Shown piece by piece: positions 27,498-41,047 of a stretch of 64,000 nt of DNA. Numbering within the stretch: position 1 is the first letter of the stretch; every line of letters starts with the position of its first letter. This stretch comes from Eledone cirrhosa (Eukaryota). Below the pieces are notes generated by a model. That model was not told the origin of the DNA, made no database searches, and saw only the letters and a list, made by a program, of their open reading frames with translations. Location: assembly GCA_964016885.1 (NCBI GenBank), contig OZ024742.1, positions 84,196,001 to 84,260,000 on the forward strand, read 5' to 3'. The translations under genes and the position numbers were made by a program.

Positions 27498-27540
27498 GTA
27501 ATCTACGCGTTTCATTCTCGTAAGAAATCATCAGGACTAC
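27498..27540 (-). ncRNA. Type I hammerhead ribozyme (array copy 3)
   Basis: Identical to copy 1. Confidence 0.9.
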
Positions 27541-27807
27541 ATATCCAGTGCTTTTATCGAGAATGACACAGCTAGAGACTTATAGAATACTTAGCTGTGT
27601 ACAGGAACTGGTTTGAAAGAGCGGTTGCCGGTCCGGCAGAAATTAGAAATTGGAATAAATGCTCTGAAATAGCGATATATATGTGAATATAGACATAGAA
27701 TATTCGAAAATATTCTGTATGTTTATAATAAACATTTTGAAGACCTAATCGCTATAGAATAGAATACGTCACGTATTACAATTAGATTCTCGATAAAAGC
27801 AAGGGAA

Positions 27808-27850
27808 GTAATCTACGCGTTTCATTCTCGTAAGAAATCATCAGGACTAC
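27808..27850 (-). ncRNA. Type I hammerhead ribozyme (array copy 4)
   Basis: Identical to copy 1. Confidence 0.9.
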
Positions 27851-28255
27851 ATATCCAGTGCTTTTATCGAGAATGACACAGCTAGAGACTTATAGAATAC
27901 TTAGCTGTGTACAGGAACTGGTTTGAAAGAGCGGTTGCCGGTCCGGCAGAAATTAGAAATTGGAATAAATGCTCTGAAATAGCGATATATATGTGAATAT
28001 AGACATAGAATATTCGAAAATATTCTGTATGTTTATAATAAACATTTTGAAGACCTAATCGCTATAGAATAGAATACGTCACGTATTACAATTAGATTCT
28101 CGATAAAAGCAAGGGAAGTAATCTACGCGTTTCATTCTCGTAAGAATTTCTAATTTCTGCCGGACCGGCAACCGCTCTTTCAAACCAGTTCCTGTACACA
28201 GCTAAGTATTCTATAAGTCTCTAGCTGTGTCATTCTCGATAAAAGCACTGGATAT

Positions 28256-28298
28256 GTAGTCCTGATGATTTCTTACGAGAATGAAACGCGTAGATTAC
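28256..28298 (+). ncRNA. Type I hammerhead ribozyme (array copy 5; predicted cut after 28292)
   Basis: gtagtc CTGATGA tttcttacgagaat GAAA cgcg TA gattac; stem I extended by a 16-bp helix 28232-28247/28305-28320. Confidence 0.9.
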
Positions 28299-28565
28299 TT
28301 CCCTTGCTTTTATCGAGAATCTAATTGTAATACGTGACGTATTCTATTCTATAGCGATTAGGTCTTCAAAATGTTTATTATAAACATACAGAATATTTTC
28401 GAATATTCTATGTCTATATTCACATATATATCGCTATTTCAGAGCATTTATTCCAATTTCTAATTTCTGCCGGACCGGCAACCGCTCTTTCAAACCAGTT
28501 CCTGTACACAGCTAAGTATTCTATAAGTCTCTAGCTGTGTCATTCTCGATAAAAGCACTGGATAT

Positions 28566-28608
28566 GTAGTCCTGATGATTTCTTACGAGAATGAAACGCG
28601 TAGATTAC
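28566..28608 (+). ncRNA. Type I hammerhead ribozyme (array copy 6)
   Basis: Identical, +310. Confidence 0.9.
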
Positions 28609-28875
28609 TTCCCTTGCTTTTATCGAGAATCTAATTGTAATACGTGACGTATTCTATTCTATAGCGATTAGGTCTTCAAAATGTTTATTATAAACATACA
28701 GAATATTTTCGAATATTCTATGTCTATATTCACATATATATCGCTATTTCAGAGCATTTATTCCAATTTCTAATTTCTGCCGGACCGGCAACCGCTCTTT
28801 CAAACCAGTTCCTGTACACAGCTAAGTATTCTATAAGTCTCTAGCTGTGTCATTCTCGATAAAAGCACTGGATAT

Positions 28876-28918
28876 GTAGTCCTGATGATTTCTTACGAGA
28901 ATGAAACGCGTAGATTAC
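28876..28918 (+). ncRNA. Type I hammerhead ribozyme (array copy 7)
   Basis: Identical, +620. Confidence 0.9.
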
Positions 28919-29185
28919 TTCCCTTGCTTTTATCGAGAATCTAATTGTAATACGTGACGTATTCTATTCTATAGCGATTAGGTCTTCAAAATGTTTATTA
29001 TAAACATACAGAATATTTTCGAATATTCTATGTCTATATTCACATATATATCGCTATTTCAGAGCATTTATTCCAATTTCTTATTTCTGCCGGACCGGCA
29101 ACCGCTCTTTCAAACCAGTTCCTGTACACAGCTAAGTATTCTATAAGTCTCTAGCTGTGTCATTCTCGATAAAAGCACTGGATAT

Positions 29186-29228
29186 GTAGTCCTGATGATT
29201 TCTTACGAGAATGAAACGCGTAGATTAC
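29186..29228 (+). ncRNA. Type I hammerhead ribozyme (array copy 8)
   Basis: Identical, +930. Confidence 0.9.
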
Positions 29229-29495
29229 TTCCCTTGCTTTTATCGAGAATCTAATTGTAATACGTGACGTATTCTATTCTATAGCGATTAGGTCTTCAAA
29301 ATGTTTATTATAAACATACAGAATATTTTCGAATATTCTATGTCTATATTCACATATATATCGCTATTTCAGAGCATTTATTCCAATTTCTAATTTCTGC
29401 CGGACCGGCAACCGCTCTTTCAAACCAGTTCCTGTACACAGCTAAGTATTCTATAAGTCTCTAGCTGTGTCATTCTCGATAAAAGCACTGGATAT

Positions 29496-29538
29496 GTAGT
29501 CCTGATGATTTCTTACGAGAATGAAACGCGTAGATTAC
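29496..29538 (+). ncRNA. Type I hammerhead ribozyme (array copy 9)
   Basis: Identical, +1240. Confidence 0.9.
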
Positions 29539-29805
29539 TTCCCTTGCTTTTATCGAGAATCTAATTGTAATACGTGACGTATTCTATTCTATAGCGATTA
29601 GGTCTTCAAAATGTTTATTATAAACATACAGAATATTTTCGAATATTCTATGTCTATATTCACATATATATCGCTATTTCAGAGCATTTATTCCAATTTC
29701 TAATTTCTGCCGGACCGGCAACCGCTCTTTCAAACCAGTTCCTGTACACAGCTAAGTATTCTATAAGTCTCTAGCTGTGTCATTCTCGATAAAAGCACTG
29801 GATAT

Positions 29806-29848
29806 GTAGTCCTGATGATTTCTTACGAGAATGAAACGCGTAGATTAC
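29806..29848 (+). ncRNA. Type I hammerhead ribozyme (array copy 10)
   Basis: Identical, +1550. Confidence 0.9.
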
Positions 29849-30115
29849 TTCCCTTGCTTTTATCGAGAATCTAATTGTAATACGTGACGTATTCTATTCT
29901 ATAGCGATTAGGTCTTCAAAATGTTTATTATAAACATACAGAATATTTTCGAATATTCTATGTCTATATTCACATATATATCGCTATTTCAGAGCATTTA
30001 TTCCAATTTCTAATTTCTGCCGGACCGGCAACCGCTCTTTCAAACCAGTTCCTGTACACAGCTAAGTATTCTATAAGTCTCTAGCTGTGTCATTCTCGAT
30101 AAAAGCACTGGATAT

Positions 30116-30158
30116 GTAGTCCTGATGATTTCTTACGAGAATGAAACGCGTAGATTAC
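30116..30158 (+). ncRNA. Type I hammerhead ribozyme (array copy 11)
   Basis: Identical, +1860. Confidence 0.9.
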
Positions 30159-30311
30159 TTCCCTTGCTTTTATCGAGAATCTAATTGTAATACGTGACGT
30201 ATTCTATTCTATAGCGATTAGGTCTTCAAAATGTTTATTATAAACATACAGAATATTTTCGAATATTCTATGTCTATATTCACATATATATCGCTATTTC
30301 AGAGCATTTAT

Positions 30312-30412
<101 letters not shown>

Positions 30413-31650
30413 TAATATAGATATAGATAGATAGATATGAACACGCTCTGAAATTCTGAGAGTATCACAGATGAAGTTCGTCTCAAGTAGACCCTAATTT
30501 CACTCCACGTTTTAACACAGTCTTACGCAGACGACGGGGGAAGAGAGAAAGTAAAAAAAAAAGAGACTGTGGAAAAATTTCCCCATTACTTGACTGGTAT
30601 TTCATTTATTGATCACGGAATGGTGTAATGCGATATCGACCTCGGAGCGGTGAAATGCAATATTGACTTCGGAATGTTGAAATACAATATTGATATCGGA
30701 GTTATACTTATATATGTATGAAGTTTTCTTGCCCTCAGCTAATTTCCAACTTTTACGACTTTCTCAATTTTATTTTTATTCCCGGAAAAATGTTCTAGGT
30801 ATTATTAACTGCCCACAGTTCTTTACTAATCGGGCAATGCAGTCGGGGGAATTTCTATGTTAGCATATTATAGAGGGCTAGTGATGGGGAAAAAGCAACG
30901 ACATTCTCGGATAAAGTTTGTTTGTAGACGAGATAAAACTTGCTGGTCTGTTTTTTGAATTTCTGTCGACCGACTTTGGATAACGTTAAAAAATATGGTT
31001 TGTCTAACATAAATAAAACTTGCCGATTCTGTATGTATGCTTATTCAAATAATTGATTCGTGCCATAACTTTCGAACAACATCCTTGGAGAAGTATGTTT
31101 TTAAAAAATACTAACAAGTTATACCATTTTCACTTTTATGACATTTAAAACGCAAATGTTACCTACTGAGACTCCGTCAGTCTAAGTACTCTCGAATAAT
31201 ATGTTTACGTGATAGAACGTATATGCAAGAAGGAAATGAAACTACATCAGTTTCGACTTAGATAAGTCAAATATTTCATTGAATTAGCTTATAAGTTGCC
31301 TAATATTACAAAGACAGGTGTACCCTTAAAACTATTCTCATGAATCAGCAAAGTACAGAGGGCCATCGAAGTTAATCAAACTAGTTTCTGTCTGTTCAAT
31401 TTCACTGGCAATGCTGGAGTTCGAGCAGAGGCATTTAAAAAAACAACAACAACAACAACAAAAACCCAAACACTTTCCCAAAGTGCCATGCACTGTGATC
31501 GAAATCTGGAGCTCGTGGGTCTGATGTGAATTTCTTAACCATTCGGATGTGCTGCGTCCACACAATGCAAGAAATATACAATCGCAGGTCATTTATATTT
31601 GAAGAGTAGCAGTATGAGTTAATTATATACATCTCAAATAGCTCTATCTG

Positions 31651-32137
31651 ATTTCAAAACATAATATCTCAACTTAAAATACTCTTTAGACATAACGTCA
31701 CAGCATTTCATAGATTATGTATTGACACACGTAATCATTCACGTACTGCCAACAAAACCGACTATCACGTTTTCCGATCATGACATGAAATAACGTTTGA
31801 AATACTATAATGCTAAACAATTATCTGAGGGTAGTTTTGGAACAAAATTATTGCTGCAGTGAGATATGTAAATATGTAACATTAAATGGCACTAGTTTAA
31901 TGTTACATATTTACATATCTCACTGCAGCAATAATTTTGTTCCAAAACTATCCTCAGATAATTGTTTAGCATTATAGTATTTCAAACGTTATTTCATGTC
32001 ATGATCGGAAAACGTGATAGTCGGTTTTGTTGGCAGTACGTGAATGATTACATGTGTCAATACATAATCTATGTGGCCCAAATGCTGTGACGTTATGTCT
32101 AAAGAGTATTTTAAGTTGAGATATTATGTTTTGAAAT
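31651..32137. repeat. Near-perfect palindrome, ~236-bp arms, 9-bp loop
   Basis: Arms 31651-31886 / 31896-32137 with a few mismatches and one small indel. Confidence 0.95.
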
Positions 32138-32405
32138 AGTTTAAACTGATGTCATTTATATCTACGTAGGAAAACATTGAAAAAAAAAAAAAGAATTTAA
32201 AGAACAAAAATATTATGTCTCGGAAAATAACTTGTGCGTATGTGTTGGTTTCAGGTTTTGTTGTTCGCCTGATCGAGATCGGAGATCAGTTCCTATGGCC
32301 CACAGGGTGGAGGTCGATATACCTGAGTTCCTCCAAATACGAAAATAACACCGGATCTGTAAAACATAGCTCTGAAAGTAGTGTTATATAATTATGTAAT
32401 GAAAT

Positions 32406-32523
32406 ATAATTGTTTCTACTTTTGGCACAAGGCCAGCAATTACCCAGTACATTACTGGTACTTTATTTTATCGACCCCATAACGATGAAAAGCAAAGTTA
32501 ACCTCGGCGGGATTTGAACTCAG
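32406..32523 (-). mobile_element. 5'-truncated SINE with 15-bp TSD
   Basis: Family match; gtaatgaaatataat on both sides. Confidence 0.85.
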
Positions 32524-33686
32524 ATCATAATTAAGTAATGAAATATAATATATGACAATAGCTATTCGTTTTTAAAGAAGAAATAGAGTAGTATTAACGT
32601 TATTGTCAAGCAATATCCAATACATTTAGGTAAGCAAGGCTAGATTAATATTTATTGCTTATTATTTTACACTGAGATACACTAAAAGTGAAATAAAAAA
32701 AAAACATCTAAATAAAATACTATATCATACTGAATTTGACTTTATTGAAATTCATAATGTAAACTACCCAAAGTAGTCTGCCTTCGTGACACTCGTTATT
32801 TAAAGTCTAAACTGTGTTAACACATTCCTGTTTGTATTACGTGGCGTGAGCATGTTAGTGCTGAGACCATGCCATACGTGTTTGGTGGCCAGATTACCTC
32901 TAAATATTTACTGTGACACCTAGATTTCAATATGAACTAGAGACCTAGCCATACGCATATAAAAGCAGTGATATAATATTGTTTAGTTTTTCTCTCTTTG
33001 GTTCCGATTTCAAGCCATTATCAGTACCAGCATTAACCTCCATCCATTTAGTGGTCTCAGAAAAAGAACGACAAAGAGAAAGAGTGAGGGCGATGCAGAA
33101 AAAATAGAGTGGGGTGAGAGAAAGTACTGATAGAGAAATATAGGGAAATTCAGTGATTGTGAAACTATCACTGACTCTCTATCTTTGCGAATAGGTCGCA
33201 AATCAACAGAGAAATTCCATAGGTGTTTGAAAGCTTGAGTATTCATGTTTTATAGCAATTACACTTGATTTACCTAAAATAGGTTGATAATTCTATAAAT
33301 AACATTTAGTTGAAAAAGATTAGTGCCTTTAGACTTGCATACATAATATTCTTTCTACATAAAGTCTGTAAATACATTCTCACCACGCTTTGCTTTAACT
33401 GTTGTGTAGCCTGTTCGCATAGCAATAGCTTTGCTCTGTCAAAATATAAGGAGGACTGTGTGAGTGAAAGATGTTAACTATGGGCTGACCTGGGGGTAAA
33501 CAACAACAACCGCAGTATCATGATTATAATTTAAAATCAATGTCACGAGAAATGAGAATCTTTTCAATAAACAACAAAAAGGCAATAACTATGATTATAG
33601 CATCAGCACTATAAAAAACATAGACAATTATTGTTGTTATTATCAGTGTCATCATATTACATCAATAACGATATCATTATTGTTGA

Positions 33687-33728
<42 letters not shown>

Positions 33729-33986
33729 CACCATCACCTCGATTATTGTTATTATAATGGCCTATTTGTGTACATATAGAGAATTTGTAATGGTCGCCAT
33801 GATAGGTGAATAGATAGCTATTATTTTTTCCAAATACACTCGAAACAAACTACTTTACAAAAGAAGACTAATACAATTTGTTCTGTTAAGCGATTGATAG
33901 ACATTTATAACAATAGGTGTAAATAAATTCATCATATTTAACTATCTCAGATACGTAAAATAATGTTTTTTGTCATTTTATTATTA

Positions 33987-34035
<49 letters not shown>

Positions 34036-34135
34036 CATTGTTATCATCATCATCATCATAATGATCCTCCTCCTCATGATCATCATCATGATCAGCATCA
34101 TTATCATCACCATATTCACGACATCATTATACAGT

Positions 34136-34461
34136 GGATTGGCAGTATCGGTAGATTGTCGGATGCCAAACATAGAGTTACGGCCCTTGCCATTCTGAGC
34201 TCAAATCCCGCCGAGGTTAAATTTGCCTTTCACCCTTACAGGGTCGATAAAATAAAATACCAGTAATACCAGCATAGTTACGTCCCTTTACGATCTGGCC
34301 TTGTGCCAAAAGTAGAAACAATTATTTGCAGAACGCTCTGCAAATAATTGTTTCTACTTTAGGCACAAGGCCAGCAATTACCCAGTGCATAAAGTATCAG
34401 TAATGCACTGGGTAATTGCTGGCCTTGTGCCTAAAGTAGAAACAATTATTTGCAGAACGCT
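34136..34461 (+). mobile_element. SINE followed by double fold-back copies of its 3' end
   Basis: A/B boxes from 34136; 3' end present +, -, + between 34297 and 34461. Confidence 0.85.
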
Positions 34462-34559
34462 GTTTTATGCGACTTAGTTATACGTAGTACTTTACTTTAG
34501 TTAACTATTTACTAATATATTGAGTACTCAATGTAATGAGTACAGTGTCTAATACTGCA

Positions 34560-35560
34560 ATGGTTTGTACGATGCATATATTCTTAGGTCCTGGAGGTTT
34601 GGTTATGCAGTTGAATATATGCTTTTAATAATTTCTAAGACAACTCTTATATAAATCGTGGCAGATTTCAGTTCCTGCATTCTGTTGATTTGTATGTTTT
34701 CATATTTGGAAAACTGCTCCATTTCTTTTAGGAATACACTATCGGCTGTTGAGACTAATACATTCTTTAAGTAGCACTTCTCTTGTATGGTTGACCTTGA
34801 AAACAATATTCAGTCAATTAATCTTGGCCTATCGGTTTGTGTTGAATCCCATAGCACAGATTATGATCAGTTTGTCATTCTCTAAAACGTCTTTTTGCAT
34901 AGATTTAACTATCTGATTACTGTTGGTATTTCATATTGTTGACATGAATTTCAATATTTCAAAATTCCAACTACTGAATTCTATTCTAATTTGGCTAAGA
35001 CTAGCAAATCAGCGACATTACAAGCCATCGTATATTCTGTAGTAATGTAATGCTGTATGCTTTTTGACACGCCATCTGATGGATTCTGGTAGAATGCAAT
35101 CATCCTTAGCCGGAATTAAGAATCCATCGGTATTAAATTGAGATCAGGCCACTTCAAACTGTTCTGTGAATTTGTCTTTGTTTCTTTCCTCAGTTTTTTT
35201 GTCAAATATTTTGAAGGTAATATTTTTTAAGGCAATCGTTGTAATCTGGCTTTTTGATTTTCTGTAAAATAACTTTGATCCTTTTCACAATTTCAATTGT
35301 TTCCTAACAACTGTCTACAACTGTCTACCACTTAAATCTCTGCTTCGTATCTGTTGCCATCCATGAAGATAGAAGGCCTTTATTTTGTTCGTGTTTTGTA
35401 GCTATTTGTGTTAAGTCTCCATTAAATCTTCACTGAATATTTGTAGACTTTTACTAGATATTTTATAATCGATACCAATTGACCATATTCTTCCTGCATT
35501 CACTTTCCATATCGAATGTTCTACCTTGCTCGGATGTCCTCTCTACTCTCTGCTGTATGT
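34560..35560 (-). mobile_element. Heavily decayed RTE-like LINE RT fragment
   Basis: Minus-strand remnants resembling RWKEY, QGCILSP, ADD, NxxKTK and YLGS in the correct order. Confidence 0.5.
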
Positions 35561-37030
35561 CTTGGCTTTGGAATCTTTGCCTCAGGCAATGGAAATTTTA
35601 TATTAAGTCATCTTGCACCTGATTGTAGGAGAGCCGTACCTGCGGACGCAAATGACGTCACCGTCAGGATTATGGACACTTTCAAATCTCAGCAGCCTAC
35701 TGAAATAATATAAGCAAGTTATCGGGGGCTGTAGTGTACGCGAAATGTCAGTGGGCTTACAACTCTACTTATGTCGATGTACGCCAACTCCAGCAAGTGG
35801 ACCGACAGTCCTGTTATGTACTTGGACCCTAGTTTGCACTAGATCTCTAGGATGACAAGAACTGGACGGAGATCGTGAGCGAGGCCATCAATCTCACATT
35901 GAAATGAACGGAGAGGACAATGTCCTTAAAGATCGCGAGCAGGTAGACAACACCTTTATCGATTCGTATATAGTTGGACAATCTGATAGCTAGAAAACAA
36001 CGTTTGCCTTCTATAGAGGATTAGTGAAACGTTTGAGCGGGGATAACCTGAGATTGGCCCTAGGTGTCGACGACGAGAGCCTAAGTAAATTCTTCTGGAG
36101 AGATTTCAGGAGGGGGTTTATAGAAAATTTTCATAAATTCTTAGAATGGTAATGCTATGTAAGGTCCGAGACAAGCTCCACTGGTATGGATGTGCCACAG
36201 CCAAATATGCCCGAAATTCAAAAAGGGTGATGAGGCCGTCCTGCAAGTATACGGACATCTGGTATCATGTGTAGGGCAGATCTAGTTATGACCCAGGTTT
36301 ATAGTGAATATTATACCATGAACTTCAATTAGACAAGATGCTTAGTAAGTCATCTCCTAACTGGCAGCTCTGGTAAATCAAGCTGTATAAGCAGGAGGAA
36401 GAAAAAATGGAGAGGACATTTTTGATGGCTGGGAAGCAAGAAGCTATTCTGTAATGTTGTGTGCATTTCCCCTGGAATTAACCTAAAGCTCAGACCCCAG
36501 CCCTATTATGTATCCGTTGTTACCTGACAGTTTTATTGTTTTATACTGTTATTTTGACTATTTATTGCAATTATTATTATTGTTATATCTACTGTTTTGC
36601 ATTTGTTGGTGTTGTCTTTACTTTCCTTGGTGTACCCCAACTCTTTGTCGTTTTTAGTTTTTGCACGTCTTTGAGTTGACCGAATGTATTTCGCCCTTGT
36701 GCTTAATTATAGAATTTATTATTATTGTTATCATTACTGTTATTATCATTATTGTTATTATGTTTATATAAAAGAAAATTTCAACTAAAATTTGTGTTGC
36801 CAATAAATTATCAGAAAAATAGGAAAAAATTGTTCTCATAAATTTAATTTATATTGTTTGGATGAAATATATTTTGCTAACCACAAAACAGTGTATATTT
36901 TGAATATACAATCTCTATTCCACCCTCTCGCTCTATCTCTATCTCGCTCGATGGCACACACATACGCACACACGCACACGCCGCGCAAATCTCTCTCCCT
37001 CTCTAACACACACATACCCCCTACACACCG

Positions 37031-37064
<34 letters not shown>

Positions 37065-37452
37065 GTATATATACATATCAGTATATATTTAATATTTATA
37101 TATGTTTATAGGGGAATTGGCAGAGACGTTACAGCGTCAGATCGAATGCTTTGCGGTATTCGTTTCCGCTCTCTGATTTCTGACTTCAAATTCCGCTGGG
37201 GGTCAAATTTGCCTTTCATAATTTCGAGGTCGATGAAAATGTAGCAGTCTAGTAATGGGGTCGTTTCATCGTCTATGTCTCTTTCGCACTTCCATTCATT
37301 CACTTCGTATTCTTCTCTGAAAGAAATCTGTTGTATTCAGACCTGGGGAGTAGGTGAGCTCCACCACGTTTAAAAAAAGTGCCCTAGAAACGCCATATCA
37401 TAATACGGGTCCTCTACAATTCCCCTAGGAATTAGAGACTGACATCTCCCCC

Positions 37453-37596
<144 letters not shown>

Positions 37597-37926
37597 TTAG
37601 AGAGAAAGAGAGAGGTGAGGGAGAGAGAGATACAATGAGGAGAAAACAGAGAGCGATGAGAGCTTACTAAATATAATATATGAACTGTCTCTTATTATGT
37701 TTAACTTAAGGAGTTGAAGCCGTAAATTACTCTACAGAAGAATACATGATATTTTCATACGGAAAAACACAATGACGATAAATGGACACGATATTCAAGT
37801 TATATAAGTGGTGTATATATTGTAGCAATTGCTTTTGTCCTGAACACAAATAATCATTGTTAAATGTGGTCGCAGGTTTCTGGATATCTTCTCATAATCT
37901 GCTTATATTATATATCTATCTACGAT

Positions 37927-38044
37927 CTGAGTTCAAATCCCGCCGAGGTTGACTTTGCCTTTCATCCTTACGGGGTCGATAAAATAAAGTACCAGTAATG
38001 CACTGGGTAATTGCTGGCCTTGTGCCTAAAGTAGAAACAATTAT
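37927..38044 (+). mobile_element. 5'-truncated SINE with 16-bp TSD
   Basis: B box plus core; attatatatctatcta duplicated. Confidence 0.85.
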
Positions 38045-40131
38045 ATATCTATCTATTTACACATGATTCTTTAAGCACTTCTATAGGCCAGTAAACACAC
38101 TTAGACGTAATCCCTCACCATATAAGACCACAGTAGATATTGAAACACATCTGTCTCTCCCCACTCTCTGTTTTCTCACATGTATGTTTATGTGAGAACG
38201 TCTGCATGTATCTTTGTGTGTAAGTAGTTAGGGCTACTAATATCACTCCTTTTTCACTATAACCTCAGCATCCACAGTTTTACTGTAGACATAATTATGA
38301 AAATATCTTCCATTCGATATGTTCCACCCCTTTTTGAGGAATATTAAACAATAGTTATTCTTTCTCTCCTTTGCTAAGTCTATAAAATATATGTAAATTA
38401 GACATCAGTAATATTGGTTTCTAATTTTGTTTCAAAACAAACAATTTGGGAAATGAAAACGTCAACACACCGTCCTAGACTTTGGGAATATTATTCTGCA
38501 TATTGTACCAAGCAATATGATATAACATATGTTCTGTCAATTATATGTTATACCTTGGGAAGGATGTTTTTCCACATTACTGACGATATATATTGTAGCT
38601 GTTATATCTTTGCTGATAGCAAAGTAGAAGTAATCCGTATGGAATAATTCCGTTTTTAAAAAAGTTTGAGTAACGTAAAATAGTATTAACATAGAAAAAC
38701 CATCTTACTATTTTTTCTCCCACCAAACTTAGTATGAGGTGGCGAAACGACGGAGTGCTTGGAAGTTCGGATTGAGTATTCACTCAAGCACTCATCACAT
38801 TGAGTTCAAATTTCGAGAATATCAACTTTGCCTTTCATCCCATCAAGTTAGTTAAAAAAAATACCCGTCCAGTATCAGTCGATTATATCTCATTCTCTCT
38901 TTCTCAGGACAAGGTCGGCTGTGTTGAATCTCAGAGAGACGATAGGCCTTCTCAAGATTAACATGTCCCCTACGGCGCCTCTACAATTCCGTTAGGAGTT
39001 ACGGGTACATTCATTCATATATACAAACCTGCTATCTGTGCTTTCTCTCCGAATCGTATTTCCGTTACCTGGAATCTAACAGCAAGAGCATCTGCTTACT
39101 TTCTTTTAAAGTCCTGCTTCATGTTTTCCTTCTTTTATCTGCTGCTTGTAAACTTTCCAGAATAATATTCGCTAATTGTTCATCCTTGTTCGACCCATCT
39201 CTCTTTCATATGTCTGATTGTCTACCATTCTCACTATCTCGCTCCTACTCTCCTTCTTTCTTATTTGTTATTGAATTTGGTGATTTTAATGCACTCAACG
39301 GATTTACAACGTTTGTTTAGAATTTATATATCATTGAAATCGAAAACTGTTTGTAACATTTAATTTCGTCGTCTTCATACCATCTATTATCCACGAATAT
39401 TTAAAAAATACCTTTGATTTCCTTCCCTGAATGAAATCCAAAATTTACTCTGACAGCAAGCAGTATGGTTCCAGACGATTTTCTGCATATGCAATCAGGT
39501 GAGATTGTTGCATTTCAATAAGTTCTCGTATTGCAGGTGGAGAATCAAACGTTTCGGACTATGAGACTTTGATGAAATGTTGTAAAGGAATGACTAATGC
39601 AAGTGAAAAAGACTGAAGAGTTTATTTAGTTGAGGCAGGAAGTGGATGTATAGTCAATCTCAGAGAATATAAGATCTATATGATGAGGTGAGAGAGATGT
39701 TTGTTGGGAAGTAAGAGGGTCGAAAGAGAGGTGGGTAGTGGGAGAGGTAAGTGGAATGAGAGTCAAGCATTCGTCTATGTTGTAACTACTGGACACTCAA
39801 TTAAATAAACTGATCAGTTCTGCGATTCTATACAAAATACAATTGACATCAAATGTATTTCAATGTTAATTCACGAGACATTTAAATGAGTAGTGGAATA
39901 TATCCGTGTTGGTGTTTATCTTTATATCCTTTATACATTCGGTAATCGAATGAAACTAAATTTGTTAACTCGAATCTGTGTTATCACTTTACAAAACAAT
40001 AACAACAAAAACAGCAACAACAATAACAACAGCATCGTTACACAAAGGAAATCGTTAAATTGAATCTCGTGAATGATAATCAAACAAGAAAGTTTCTGCT
40101 AGGGTAGCCACATCCCTGAAGAAACCATTAG

Positions 40132-40312
40132 ATAATTGTTTCTACTTTTGGCACAAGGCCACCAATTACCCTAGTGCATTGTTGGTACTTTATTTTATCA
40201 ACCCAGTAAGGAAGAAAGGTAAAGTTAACCTCGGTGGGATTTGAACTCAGAACGTAAAGGGCCATAACTATGCTGCAAAGCATGGTGTCTGACGCTCTAT
40301 CGATACTGCCAA
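40132..40312 (-). mobile_element. Near full-length SINE
   Basis: Same family as 20047-20232. Confidence 0.85.
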
Positions 40313-41047
40313 AGATATTGCCATCATATATTACGCTATATCCCACAAATTGAGATTGTCATGGCCAAAATGCCTTTGATTGAAGATCTAACCATTCAAG
40401 GCTGCTCAGGTTTAAAAAATAAACAACGTCTGCAAGACAAAAATTAAGAGAAATAATTTGAAATATCTTAGAATCAGCCCTGAATATAAAACGTATTTCT
40501 TCATCTGCAAACCCTTTCCTCACGAAAGTTTCATATATAGACTTTTCGTAGAAACAGATTGAAACATAACCAGCTTTCTAACAACTCATCCCCGATGACA
40601 CTTAGTTTTGAAACGCTGAAGAATATAGAGTGGAAACTTTTACATCCACAAAGCCTTTAACAGCGTTTGACACGAGAAGCTACTTATAAAATCACTTACT
40701 TGTATGTCACTTCTTTTAACTATTTAACTGAAAGTTCTCCAGCTGATCTTTTCATTGCAGTGTAAGTCAATGGAACTGTCAATCCGCAGAGTTATAGCTT
40801 TGGTGCATTTTACTATTAGCATATTTTACTTACGTTATTTTTCTTTTTTTCTTCTAAATATGGATGATCTGTTACCTCTAACCATATACACATTCGTCTA
40901 AAAGGATTTTTATCTTCAATATGTACGTTTTATCGCAAAGTAGACCGACAAATATAACAGAGATACACAACGTCTATGAAGAGAAATCTAGGGAATCTTG
41001 CAGTGTGAACATTTCAACGTAATCGTATCTAATATCATCAGATTATT

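Noticed and set aside
35700-36450. Higher-GC stretch, possible LTR-element remnant
   Set aside because: No recognisable protein motif or LTR pair
41005-41047. CUGAUGA...GAAA on minus
   Set aside because: Stems I and II do not pair
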